Of a stretch of 64,000 nt of DNA, positions 1-9,150 are shown piece after piece (within the stretch, counting starts at the first letter, position 1; the number at the start of each line of letters is the position of its first letter). Origin of the DNA: a bacterium (GTDB lineage: Bacteria > Fidelibacterota > Marinisomatia > Marinisomatales > UBA1611); assembly GCA_038127595.1 (NCBI GenBank), contig JAYPIC010000001.1, positions 19,399 to 83,398 on the forward strand, in the 5' to 3' direction. Both the position numbers and the translations under genes were made by a program. Below the pieces are notes generated by a model. The model did no database searches. It worked only from the letters and a program-made list of their open reading frames with translations, and had not been told where the DNA came from.

Positions 1-213
1 CTACAAACACCTCTTCAATAACTTCTTGGGAAATGATTTGGTTTTTATTGCTGCAGTTAAAAATAAATATTGAAAATAAAATAAAAAGCAGGGGAGATAC
101 AAAACGGATATAGCTTATTTTACTATACAGATTAGAAAGTGATTTGTGGATTATAAAAAGATGTCTCAAAATATTATCACAGAATTCTATCAAGATAATA
201 TAAATATTTAAAA

Positions 214-3200
214 TTAAAAAACAGGGGAGAAGTATCTTATTTCTTTTAGATTGCCTTTGTTATTATAAAAATACCATTTATCTACCATTTTACCACTCTT
301 GTATGAGCCTTGCATTTCTTTTCGTGTTTTGTCATAGTCCCACCAACTAGTCCAGGTACCATCTTTTTTTCCATCTTTATATTCACCTTCAGTTAGCTTT
401 CCATCTTCAAAGTATGCTATCCACTTACCATTTTTTAAGCCTTCGTTAAAAGAGCCTTCTTGCGTTTTTTTACCTTTTTCATTGTAAAAAATCCATTTAT
501 CATGGGCATTACCATCTCTTAGAGTACCTTCTTTTTCTTTTTCACCATTTTCATAATAGAAAGTCCATTTACCATTATAAACCCCATTTTCATACGTTCC
601 AATGTCTTTTATTTGTTGGTTGGAATAGTATGTCGTCCACAAACCATGCTTTTTTCCATCTTTGTATGCTCCCAATGTCTCTTTTCCGCCACTCCATGTT
701 CCTTTCGGCTGTGGTTCTGGAGTTGGCATTAAAACTACTTCAGGAACTTTTTTACTTTCATACCATCTAATCCAAGGTCCATCTTTTTTCCCGTTTTTGA
801 GGCGACCTAGAAATTCGTACTCTTCCTCTTTATTTTCATCTACTATAACGCCTGTAAAAGGAGTAGTGTTATCATCAATTTTATATAAGAGCTCGCTTTC
901 ATCTATTTTTGATAAATCTTTGAACTTAACATGATCAAGGCCTTTGCCATAATCAAATGTAAAATCTACTTGCCCATCTTTATTCCAGTATGTCCACACT
1001 CCTTCAGGCTTAGAAAGCTTTTGATTAATGTTGGCAGATAGATTTCCTTCTTTTTTCTTATTTCCGTTCTCATAATAATATGTCGTCAACCCATCACGAA
1101 TGTTATTCTTGTGAAAACCTTGCTCCATGATTTGATCACTGCCAGAATACCAAATAACCCAAGGTCCATTCGCTATTTCTTTCCCAGTTTCTGACTCTCC
1201 TTTATACGTAACCATTTTTGATCTGAATCCATCAACCCAAGTAGTTGCTGGCCCATTTAATTGTCCATCTTTCCAAAATTTTTCATACTCTTTTCCAAGA
1301 CTATCTGAAGAAGATACTACCCACTTAGTTTCCCTACCATTTAATAAGTCATTTGAGTAGGTCAGTTCTTGAGTTACTGCGCCGTCTTCATTGTAGTATA
1401 ACCAAAGACCATCACGTTCATTTTTTGAAAATGCCCCTTCGCTACTTTTAACTCCTGTTTCAAACCAGGAAACCCAAGCACCTTCTTTGTTTCCATCAAT
1501 ATAGTAACCTTCTTCTTCCTTGTTATCATTTAGATACCACCACCAGCTCCATAGCTCATTGTTTTCATCTTTATAGACACCATCTTTGTATTGCCAATTC
1601 CCGTTTTCGACATATTTTAGAGTGGGATCTTCTTTATACCATTTGGTCCATCTACCATGAGCTAATCCTTTTTTGTATCGTTGCTCTTCTTTAAGGTGGC
1701 CATTATCAAACCAATATTTATACAAGCTATCTACTTTACCAAAACTAAATGTGCCTTGTTCTTTAGCTTTACCATTGTTGTACCAAAGTGACCACTCACC
1801 ATGTTTTTTGCCACGATAATATTCACCTTGGACCTCAACTTGTCCATTATCATACCACTGAACCCATTTTCCATCTCTTTTTCCATCAAGAAATCTACCA
1901 AGTAGTTTATATCCCCTCTTTCCGCCGGTTTCCTCAACTATACCAACGTAAGGTTCGTATTTACCAATTTTAAAGGTAATGCCATCACGCTCTTCGATTT
2001 CTCCTAGAGTGACTTTCTCTAGCCCATCGCCATAATCAAATTTTAGCCATCTTTTTCCACCTCTTTCCCAATAGGTCCACTCACCTTCTTTTTCTTTTCC
2101 TCTCATTGTGCCCTGTCTATCTAAGCCGCCCTCTTTATACCATTTAGTTACTTTACCATCAATTACATCATTTACATATGTTTCTTCATGGAGTTTGTGA
2201 TATGCACTCCCAGTGGAATCATTCCATATAGTCCATAGACCATGCTTTTTTTCTTTTTTATAAAAGCCTTCTTTATCTTTTAATCCGTTTTTTCTCCACC
2301 AGATCCAATGCCCGTCCTTTTCTCCATTTAAATAATTAGCTTTAAGGGAATCAATTCCTGAAGAATACCAGTGGCGCCAAATCCCATCCTTTTTACCATC
2401 TTTATAGTTTATATGAAATTTTTTGTGTTGATCACTTTTTTCACCAAACCATTTAATGTGAGAACCGTGGTGAACTCCATTATCATAATTTATTTCTTCT
2501 GTCTTCTGCCCGCTTGTGCTCCAGTATATCCATTTTTTATGCTTCTTATTGTTAAGATACTCGCCATCAAGCTCTTTTATAATACCGCCCTCATACCAGC
2601 GTATATATTTACCATTAAGTTTTCCATCTGAATAACTAGCTAAAAATTTCTTATTTCCGTTTTCATACCAAGTGGTCCATGTACTATCTCTTTCACCATC
2701 TTTAAAATTTCTTTCTCTTCTTTTTTGACCATCTTCGTACCATTCTGTCCACAATCCTTCTTGGACTCCATCAATATAATTTGTTTCTTCTTTTTTAATA
2801 CCTGTTTCTTGGTAGTAAAGAGTCCAAAGGCCTTGTTGCTTACCATTGATATAGTTTTTTTCTTGGACTTTATTTCCATTTGAGTTCCAATATGATTGAA
2901 GCCCGTTAAACTTACCGTTCAAGTAATTTAGTTCTGTTTTTCTTTTTCCATCTTCAAAATATTCTGTCCAGGTCCCATCTCTATTTCCATTTAAATAATT
3001 ACCTTGTAATTTTAATTTTGGTTTAAAATTAGGAATGACGACCTCTACAGAATCCCAACGATTATTATTTTCTAAGGTGTCTTTGGTGTTTGGTTCTCCA
3101 TCTTCGCCATAATCGAACCACCATACCTCTTCCCAATATTCTGCCCACGCACCATTACGCACACCATTGGTATAATTTCCTTCTACTTTTATACCTCCGT

Positions 3201-3297
3201 TGTCATATTTAATGACGACTAAACCATCATTCTGCGCGAAAATGGCTGATAGCATTGCTAATGCAGCAAATAACTGTTTTATAGTTTTTATATACAT
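214..3297 (-). CDS. Secreted MORN-variant (MORN_2 / YwqK-type) repeat protein, 1027 aa
   Basis: N-terminal signal peptide (MYIKTIKQLFAALAMLSAIFA/QN). Almost the whole length is tandem ~23-aa units of the form G-x-W-x-x-[WY]-[YW]-x-N-G-x-K-x-x-E-G-x-[YF]-x-x-G-x-x-[DH]-G. Two copies of a distinct spacer module are present (FDYGDGLEKVTL... and FDYGKGLDHVKF..., each followed by ...PF/YxG-I-V... LGR-x-x-[ND]GK[RK]DG-x-W). Confidence 0.75.
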   Translation of the reverse strand: MYIKTIKQLFAALAMLSAIFAQNDGLVVIKYDNGGIKVEGNYTNGVRNGAWAEYWEEVWWFDYGEDGEPNTKDTLENNNRWDSVEVVIPNFKPKLKLQGNYLNGNRDGTWTEYFEDGKRKTELNYLNGKFNGLQSYWNSNGNKVQEKNYINGKQQGLWTLYYQETGIKKEETNYIDGVQEGLWTEWYEDGQKRRERNFKDGERDSTWTTWYENGNKKFLASYSDGKLNGKYIRWYEGGIIKELDGEYLNNKKHKKWIYWSTSGQKTEEINYDNGVHHGSHIKWFGEKSDQHKKFHINYKDGKKDGIWRHWYSSGIDSLKANYLNGEKDGHWIWWRKNGLKDKEGFYKKEKKHGLWTIWNDSTGSAYHKLHEETYVNDVIDGKVTKWYKEGGLDRQGTMRGKEKEGEWTYWERGGKRWLKFDYGDGLEKVTLGEIEERDGITFKIGKYEPYVGIVEETGGKRGYKLLGRFLDGKRDGKWVQWYDNGQVEVQGEYYRGKKHGEWSLWYNNGKAKEQGTFSFGKVDSLYKYWFDNGHLKEEQRYKKGLAHGRWTKWYKEDPTLKYVENGNWQYKDGVYKDENNELWSWWWYLNDNKEEEGYYIDGNKEGAWVSWFETGVKSSEGAFSKNERDGLWLYYNEDGAVTQELTYSNDLLNGRETKWVVSSSDSLGKEYEKFWKDGQLNGPATTWVDGFRSKMVTYKGESETGKEIANGPWVIWYSGSDQIMEQGFHKNNIRDGLTTYYYENGNKKKEGNLSANINQKLSKPEGVWTYWNKDGQVDFTFDYGKGLDHVKFKDLSKIDESELLYKIDDNTTPFTGVIVDENKEEEYEFLGRLKNGKKDGPWIRWYESKKVPEVVLMPTPEPQPKGTWSGGKETLGAYKDGKKHGLWTTYYSNQQIKDIGTYENGVYNGKWTFYYENGEKEKEGTLRDGNAHDKWIFYNEKGKKTQEGSFNEGLKNGKWIAYFEDGKLTEGEYKDGKKDGTWTSWWDYDKTRKEMQGSYKSGKMVDKWYFYNNKGNLKEIRYFSPVF

Positions 3298-3406
3298 TTT
3301 TTATACAAATGGAAGAAGAGTAAATGAAGATTTACCCCCCCTCGGATTCCTTTTGTAATTGAAATTTAAAACAAGAATATCACAAAGTCAAAAAGTGAAT
3401 GAAAAA

Positions 3407-4228
3407 TTAATTTTTCTTGTTGAGTCTTATCCAGAAACTTTGTCCGAATTTATCATTTAGGTTTATTAGGCCCTCATTGGCATTATTTGTACCTAAAAAT
3501 ACAGTCTCTGTCTCAAATTTGTTATTTGTCCTTAAATAGCCGCCACCATCAGATGCATTGCCAATGAAAGTGGTTAGTTTGCCAAACTTATTATAAGTTC
3601 TAAAATATCCGCTTCCCAAGAATGAGCCGGTTTCTCCAGAATTATCATAAATTCTTATTTGCCCTGAACTGTCAGCACCAGTGCCTACATAAATGCTTTC
3701 TTGGCCACTAAAGTTGTATGTGCGTAAGTATCCACCTCCATTAGTACCAGTGCCTAAGAAAATTGTTCTTTCTCCAAATTGATTATACGCTTGTAAGTAC
3801 CCATCCCCAATATATGATCTTGTTTCTCCTTGTTTATCATAGATTCGCAATTGTCCAGAGTTATCAGAACCTGTTCCAAGGTATGAGGTTTCTCTACCAG
3901 AATTGTTATAAGTTCTAATATATCCACCACCCATTCTACCTGTTCCAACATACGCTGACTCATCCCCTTCACCGTTGTATGCTCTTAAGTAGCCACCTCC
4001 GTCCTTACCTGTTCCAACAAACAATGTTGGTTCGCCAAAAGTGTTGTATGTCTGCATGTAGCCATTGCCCATATAGCCCATAACTACCCCGCGGTCATCT
4101 TCAACCGTGATGCTTTTTACAACTAAGTGGCCCAATTCATCCGTTTCAGGCCTAAATCCATAGATGGACAGAAAAAGTAGAGTAATTAAAACTCCAATTA
4201 TAGCGCTTTTTACATCAATGAATTTCAT
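3407..4228 (-). CDS. Exported or membrane-anchored Gly/Tyr-rich repeat protein, 273 aa; no family recognised
   Basis: N-terminal hydrophobic anchor or signal (AIIGVLITLLFLSIYGF). This is followed by about 10 tandem units such as GYLRTYNFSGQESIYVGTGADSS. The ORF is long, has no internal stops, and lies on the same strand as both neighbours. Confidence 0.6.
   Translation of the reverse strand: MKFIDVKSAIIGVLITLLFLSIYGFRPETDELGHLVVKSITVEDDRGVVMGYMGNGYMQTYNTFGEPTLFVGTGKDGGGYLRAYNGEGDESAYVGTGRMGGGYIRTYNNSGRETSYLGTGSDNSGQLRIYDKQGETRSYIGDGYLQAYNQFGERTIFLGTGTNGGGYLRTYNFSGQESIYVGTGADSSGQIRIYDNSGETGSFLGSGYFRTYNKFGKLTTFIGNASDGGGYLRTNNKFETETVFLGTNNANEGLINLNDKFGQSFWIRLNKKN
3425..4066 (-). repeat. Coding tandem repeat (18/23-aa units) inside the 273-aa protein
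   Basis: Protein-level units: GYMQTYNTFGEPTLFVGTGKDGG / GYLRAYNGEGDESAYVGTGRMGG / GYIRTYNNSGRETSYLGTGSDNS / GQLRIYDKQGETRSYIGD / GYLQAYNQFGERTIFLGTGTNGG / GYLRTYNFSGQESIYVGTGADSS / GQIRIYDNSGETGSFLGS / GYFRTYNKFGKLTTFIGNASDGG / GYLRTNNKFETETVFLGTNNANE. Boundaries are approximate. Confidence 0.6.
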
Positions 4229-4272
4229 TGTGCCTCCAGAAATTATATCTTACCAAAAATATAGATGATAAT

Positions 4273-5343
4273 TTAATCATATTCATACGTAATTATATTA
4301 ATTAGTATTGGCTTTCCACCTTCTGATGGTTTTAACATATCGTAATCATGTATTCTAGCTAATCTGCCTTTGTTATCATAGCCAATGGTTTTTTTCTGTA
4401 TAAGCCTACTTTTATCATCAAAAGTAGCTTGAATAATTTTTTTGTTTTTGCTGTTGTTTCGAGTTTCAACTCTACGGATAAGTTTTTTTGAAGCATCTGT
4501 AATAATTTTTGTTTCTCTTTTCATATCGTCTTCGTAAAGCTTTGTAATTGTTTTTTCTTGATCCCCATTCATATTAAAGTATATAATTTTATTTATTCTT
4601 CCTATGGCGTCGTATTCATATTTCTTAGAGCCTATTGAATAACCACGCCGTGAATCTATAATTTCATTAATATTACCCTTGTCATTGTAGGAGTATGTGG
4701 TCTTTCTCATAATTGAAGGATCATAGTTTTCTTCTTTTACTACTACTGCACCACTGCTGTCTACATCATAAATTGTATGCTCGATTACAAAGCCAGCATA
4801 AAATTCTTTATGTTCTTTTATTTTTCCATTTTTATCATAATCGAAGCTTTCCCCCCAAGGCATATTTTTATCATTAACTAGCAGGCCCTCGAGCTTGTTG
4901 GACTCGTTAACCTTAGAAGGATCAAACCTTATAATTTTCCATAATTTCCCATTGCTGTAGTATTTGTAGAATTCTTTCCATTTGAGTGAGTCATCTTTGG
5001 AGCCGTATAATTGCTTTGAAACTAAATTACCTTCAAGATTGTATTCATATTTAAAGTGCATTAACCTTTCTACACCTTCTAGCTTTTGAAGAGACCGTCT
5101 ATCTTCAAAGTCAATGTAGCTGTATTTTTTAGATAAAGGTATGTTATGTATATATAATGTGCTATCTAACAACTGTTTCTTTGAATTATAACGCACAATG
5201 GTAGATTGAGAGAGTTCTCTTGTTTCCGTACCAAAGTTTTTTGAGATGCTGTAGCTTTTAATAACTTTGGTATTTGAGCTTCCAACTAGAATCACAAATT
5301 GGAACAATATTAAGCATAAGATTTTGTTTATATGATTACACAT
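4273..5343 (-). CDS. Exported YD/RHS-like repeat protein, 356 aa
   Basis: Signal-like N-terminus (ILCLILFQFVILVGSS). Degenerate YD-type repeats are present (FKYEYNLEGNLV, FDYDKNGKIKE, YSYNDKGNINEI, KYEYDAIGRINKIIYFNMNGD, IGYDNKGRLARIHDYD, ITYEYD). No toxin-like C-terminus. Confidence 0.55.
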   Translation of the reverse strand: MCNHINKILCLILFQFVILVGSSNTKVIKSYSISKNFGTETRELSQSTIVRYNSKKQLLDSTLYIHNIPLSKKYSYIDFEDRRSLQKLEGVERLMHFKYEYNLEGNLVSKQLYGSKDDSLKWKEFYKYYSNGKLWKIIRFDPSKVNESNKLEGLLVNDKNMPWGESFDYDKNGKIKEHKEFYAGFVIEHTIYDVDSSGAVVVKEENYDPSIMRKTTYSYNDKGNINEIIDSRRGYSIGSKKYEYDAIGRINKIIYFNMNGDQEKTITKLYEDDMKRETKIITDASKKLIRRVETRNNSKNKKIIQATFDDKSRLIQKKTIGYDNKGRLARIHDYDMLKPSEGGKPILINIITYEYD

Positions 5344-5563
5344 TGTTATGAATTTATTTTAATATATTAATATTAAAAGCTACTATTTTTCTACGATGAG
5401 TAAACTAGATTTTTCAATTTATATCTACATATTAGAATGCGTAAAAGATTACGATTAAAAACTAGGGAAATAACAAATTTTCCGCACTTAAAGTAATTGA
5501 TTAAGTAGCGTTATTTCCTGTAAATTCAAATATATTAGTAATTTAGAGAATATTAATTTATTG

Positions 5564-5593
5564 TTGACATTAGACTAAAATATGTTTTAATAT
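5564..5593 (+). promoter_or_regulatory. Sigma70-like promoter candidate for the PEGA-protein gene
   Basis: TTGACA at 5564-5569, an 18-nt spacer, then TAATAT at 5588-5593. GGAG at 5604-5607 lies 6 nt upstream of the ATG at 5614. The promoter consensus of this lineage is unknown. Confidence 0.3.
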
Positions 5594-5613
5594 TGATTCA
5601 AGCGGAGTCCAAT

Positions 5614-7065
5614 ATGTTAAAAAATATAAAACATATCATCCTAGGTTTGTCCCTAATTATAGGTTGGGTAGAATCTTCAGTGCTTGAAGATATTAAGTAT
5701 GATCCAAAGACCAACGGTCTTATGATTAGTATAGAATATTCTGAGCCAATACCGGATGATAATATAATCGGTTGGAAGTCAGATAGAAACTGGCTTTACA
5801 TTACACTGTTAGGTGTAAAACACATAAATAATATTAGCCCAAAGTCAGATCCAAACAATTTGATTAAAGAGCTAGTTATCGATAGTTTTGATGAATCTGT
5901 TCAAATTGCTATCTTATTGACCAAGAAAATTCATTGGTACGATATAATTAACAGTGAGGGAACATCATCAGCTGTAGTTTTCATTCATACAGAAATGAAA
6001 AATAGCTTGCAGGCAAATTTGAAAAAACACTTAGATAAAAATGGTAAATCTGTGTTTTCTGTCGTATCTCAAGAGGGTTTTCCGACATACAACACTAGTT
6101 TTCAAGCCGCATTCAACAAGGCAAGAGAAGAATTAGGGCCTAATGCTCTTTTTCGTTATAAGGGCAAGCTCTATCATACAAATCATCCTAATGAAGTAAA
6201 TCAAAATGTTGCATCTGGATTTAAAGAGTTAGATGAAAAAAAATCTATCGATGATATTTTTGCTAATTACGCTTTGGCCACTAAAAAATTAGATCAGGTT
6301 TCTTCTGATGATCAATCCTCTAACGAGGATTTTAATACAGTCGATGAATACTTTGTTGATGAAGATTCTGGTCAAGAACTTTCAGAATGGTCTGATCTTG
6401 CTGAGGAAGATAAAAGTGAGAATACCAAGAGTAGTCTTTCCTTTTGGGACAGAATGACTGCAGCAAGAGAGGACGATGATAAAGCAAAACTTTTTGATAA
6501 TTTAGAATCTTCCAAGGGTCAATTAATTGAAGAACTTGCTGACCATTCAATAATTAATGATGATCTCGATGGTAGAATTATAAAAGTACCTAAAACTTCT
6601 TGGTGGCAAAAACTACCTTTCTCTTCTATTACAAAAGGAAGGTTCGGAGTTTCTAAAAAAAGGAAAAGCGATAAAGAGCTCCTTCTTGGTCAATCAGCAA
6701 TTAGAATAGATGCTAATTTGGATGGTGTACCTATATATATAGACGGCAGATACGTTGGACATACTCCTCTGAAAGCTCCCATTCGCGTTGAGCCAGGCTG
6801 GCATCAAGTTAGTGGATTTTCTCCTCAATATCTTATGTACTTGAACACTGGAACAATAGATTATGTCTCTAATGATCCTATGTTGAATAACCAAATATTT
6901 GGCACTGAAACGTTGTATGTTGAAGGAGGGAAGATTGCTAGATCTGAAATGAGGTTTGATTATGTAGGTCCTTCACTTCCGGTTAAAAAACAGGAAGGTG
7001 GTTGGTTAGTTGGTTTTCCGATTTTACTATCTTTCTTTTCTTTAATTGCATGGGGTGTGGCGTAA
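5614..7065 (+). CDS. Exported PEGA-domain protein with acidic linker and C-terminal hydrophobic tail
   Basis: Start re-set to ATG 5614 (MLKNIKHIILGLSLIIGWV signal peptide, GGAG RBS); the track start at TTG 5593 overlaps the -10 candidate. PEGA-like segment IRIDANLDGVPIYIDGRYVGHTPLKAPIRVEPGWHQV. C-terminal tail GGWLVGFPILLSFFSLIAWGVA. Confidence 0.6.
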   Translation: MLKNIKHIILGLSLIIGWVESSVLEDIKYDPKTNGLMISIEYSEPIPDDNIIGWKSDRNWLYITLLGVKHINNISPKSDPNNLIKELVIDSFDESVQIAILLTKKIHWYDIINSEGTSSAVVFIHTEMKNSLQANLKKHLDKNGKSVFSVVSQEGFPTYNTSFQAAFNKAREELGPNALFRYKGKLYHTNHPNEVNQNVASGFKELDEKKSIDDIFANYALATKKLDQVSSDDQSSNEDFNTVDEYFVDEDSGQELSEWSDLAEEDKSENTKSSLSFWDRMTAAREDDDKAKLFDNLESSKGQLIEELADHSIINDDLDGRIIKVPKTSWWQKLPFSSITKGRFGVSKKRKSDKELLLGQSAIRIDANLDGVPIYIDGRYVGHTPLKAPIRVEPGWHQVSGFSPQYLMYLNTGTIDYVSNDPMLNNQIFGTETLYVEGGKIARSEMRFDYVGPSLPVKKQEGGWLVGFPILLSFFSLIAWGVA

Positions 7066-7124
7066 GAAGCATTATAGCTTTCATTTATACCTTTTTATTC
7101 CTGCTTTTTTTCTAGATATTTACT

Positions 7125-8393
7125 TTGTCTGTTCATAATAAGGTTAAATCTTATATTCTAAGTAATAACATTGGTGACAATGCTGCAAGGAAAATAGGTG
7201 TTGAGGTCGAGTGTTTTGTTTTTGATAAAAATTATTATAGAATACCAGTAAATAAAGGGTCTATTTATTCTGCTAGCGATCTTTTAGAAGAACTAAATTC
7301 TATCGAGAAAATTTCAAACGCTAGTTTTTCTCTTGAACCCGGAGGTCAAATTGAGTGGGCCAGTCCAGTATGTCAAACCATTCAAGAACTTGATAAGTCA
7401 TTTTTAATCTACAAAAAGACACTAGATAAAATCTTAGAAAGAGAAGGTTATAAATCTCTTTTTATTGGCGTTGACCCATTAAGCGAGCCTGATGATGTTG
7501 AGCTAATTAAGCTTATGAAGTATCAATTGATGGATAAAAATATGGAAGAAAGAGGCTCTTTGGGCAAGTGGATGATGCGAAATACATGCAGCATTCAAAT
7601 TAATTATGACATAAAAAATGGGAAAGACCTGGAGGAGTCAGTATACATCTTAGATTGTCTTCATCCGGTATTGTCATATCTTTTTTCCTATAGTCCTTTT
7701 CAAAAAGGTGAAGTCATTGGAAATTTAAATTTGAGGAATCACATTTGGGAAAATACTGATGATAGTAGATGTAAATCTCTAATTAATCACGGCATAATTG
7801 ACAAGAGAAGTATTTTAGATGCGTATATTGATTTTGTTCTTCATGTCCCTGGAATATTTAAACTAGATAGTAAAAATAACATTCAAAAAACTGAATTCTC
7901 ACTAGGTGAAGACTTAAGAATTAAGTATTCTAAAGGAGCACTGAGTCAAGAAGATATAAAAGCAGCATTGCATCAAATATTTACAAATGTAAGATTAAAG
8001 AATTTGATTGAGGTGCGGGACATTGATTGTTTGCCATCTAATAGTATAATGGCTCCTGTTGCATTTGTTACTGGGTTAATAGATGCCCCTATGGTTAGGG
8101 AGAAATTATTGTCAATATTCAATAGCTGGACATTGGAAGAAAAATTATTATGGAATGATTTAGCTAAATGTCTAAGCGGTGATGTTGATGGACCTGGAGG
8201 GAAAAGTTTTTTAGATTGGGTTAAAATTATTTCCGAAATCTCAATCGGTGGGCTTAAAGCGAGAAAATACGGAGAAGAAAAATATTTCTCTAATTTTTCT
8301 GAAAATATACTTTTACATGGCCCATTAAGTTTTCAAAAGCAAAATAATTTTAAAAAATCAGGTAAACCTTTAAAAAAATATATATTTATTTAA
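7125..8393 (+). CDS. Glutamate--cysteine ligase family 2 protein (plant/EgtA-type GCS2)
   Basis: Motifs GVEVECFVFD and SLEPGGQIEWASP match the GCS2 family signature (E-x-E ... EPGGQ-x-E). TTG start; no in-frame ATG near the N-terminus. Confidence 0.7.
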   Translation: MSVHNKVKSYILSNNIGDNAARKIGVEVECFVFDKNYYRIPVNKGSIYSASDLLEELNSIEKISNASFSLEPGGQIEWASPVCQTIQELDKSFLIYKKTLDKILEREGYKSLFIGVDPLSEPDDVELIKLMKYQLMDKNMEERGSLGKWMMRNTCSIQINYDIKNGKDLEESVYILDCLHPVLSYLFSYSPFQKGEVIGNLNLRNHIWENTDDSRCKSLINHGIIDKRSILDAYIDFVLHVPGIFKLDSKNNIQKTEFSLGEDLRIKYSKGALSQEDIKAALHQIFTNVRLKNLIEVRDIDCLPSNSIMAPVAFVTGLIDAPMVREKLLSIFNSWTLEEKLLWNDLAKCLSGDVDGPGGKSFLDWVKIISEISIGGLKARKYGEEKYFSNFSENILLHGPLSFQKQNNFKKSGKPLKKYIFI

Positions 8394-8484
8394 AGCATTT
8401 ATACTTAATGAAAAAGTAATTAAAAGGGTTTAATTTTTGACTCATTGTATGTGATATTTGTATGATTTACAAAAATAAATTTTC

Positions 8485-9150
8485 ATGAAATTATATTTTA
8501 ATTCTAAACTTTTTCAAAAAGCATTAGCTGCTTTATCTGGGGGCTTTCTAGTTTTATTTTTGCTTGGTCATTTAGCTGGCAATTTGCAGCTATTCATACC
8601 TGGAGAATTAGGACAAAAACAATTTAACGCATATGCTCTTTTCATGACTACAAATCCTGCTGTAATTGCATTATCATATATAACATATTCATCAATTATT
8701 TTACATTCAATTTTAACGATTTATTTGGTTTTAAAGTCTAGACTTGCTAGGCCCATAGGATACCATGTTAGTACTGGAACAGGTAATAGTAGTTGGTCTT
8801 CAAGAAACATGGCTTTTTTAGGCACAATGTTATTAATATTTTTAATAATTCATTTGAGAAGTTTTTGGTATGAAATGCATTTTGGAGATATTGGACTTGA
8901 TAAATGGGGTAACAAAGATTTGCATACAGTAACAGTTACAGCCTTTGATAATATTTTTTATACTGGATTTTATGTTATTTCGATGGTGATGCTTGCATTT
9001 CATTTGTCTCACGGAGTTGGTTCAGCCTTCCAAACCTTGGGTCTTAACACTTCAAAGTATGAAAAAACAATTAACCTAATTGGGAAAGGGATAGCAGTGT
9101 TGATACCTCTAGTTTTTGCTAGTATCCCTATTACACTTTATGTTAGATAG
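8485..9150 (+). CDS. sdhC: Succinate dehydrogenase/fumarate reductase cytochrome b subunit (single-subunit b558 type)
   Basis: 221-aa polytopic membrane protein with conserved His residues ([32 protein letters not shown]). It lies immediately upstream of sdhA/sdhB and overlaps them. Confidence 0.8.
   Translation: MKLYFNSKLFQKALAALSGGFLVLFLLGHLAGNLQLFIPGELGQKQFNAYALFMTTNPAVIALSYITYSSIILHSILTIYLVLKSRLARPIGYHVSTGTGNSSWSSRNMAFLGTMLLIFLIIHLRSFWYEMHFGDIGLDKWGNKDLHTVTVTAFDNIFYTGFYVISMVMLAFHLSHGVGSAFQTLGLNTSKYEKTINLIGKGIAVLIPLVFASIPITLYVR

Noticed and set aside
1-213. Possible partial genes at the left edge. One is a + strand frame open from position 2 to a TGA at 71-73 (...NFLGNDLVFIAAVKNKY*). The other is a - strand frame open from a TTG at 169-167 through position 1 (MRHLFIIHKSLSNLYSKISYIRFVSPLLFILFSIFIFNCSNKNQ..., lipoprotein-signal-like).
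   Set aside because: Both frames are open and mutually exclusive, and neither has an ATG/RBS or recognisable domain within the window, so I cannot decide between them. The similarity between AAAGCAGGGGAGA (about 85-97) and AACAGGGGAGA (about 220-230) is short and may be chance.
3335-3341. C7 (G7 on the coding strand) homopolymer in the 5' UTR of the giant MORN gene, considered as a slipped-strand phase-variation tract.
   Set aside because: It is only 7 nt and lies neither in the promoter spacer nor in the coding region. A rough estimate for an AT-rich 64-kb window on both strands makes one such run unsurprising by chance.
4273-5343. YD-repeat protein considered as an RHS/polymorphic toxin with a downstream immunity gene.
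   Set aside because: It is far too short (356 aa), lacks the RHS core-terminating PxxxxDPxGL motif and any C-terminal toxin domain, and no T6SS/PAAR/VgrG genes are nearby.
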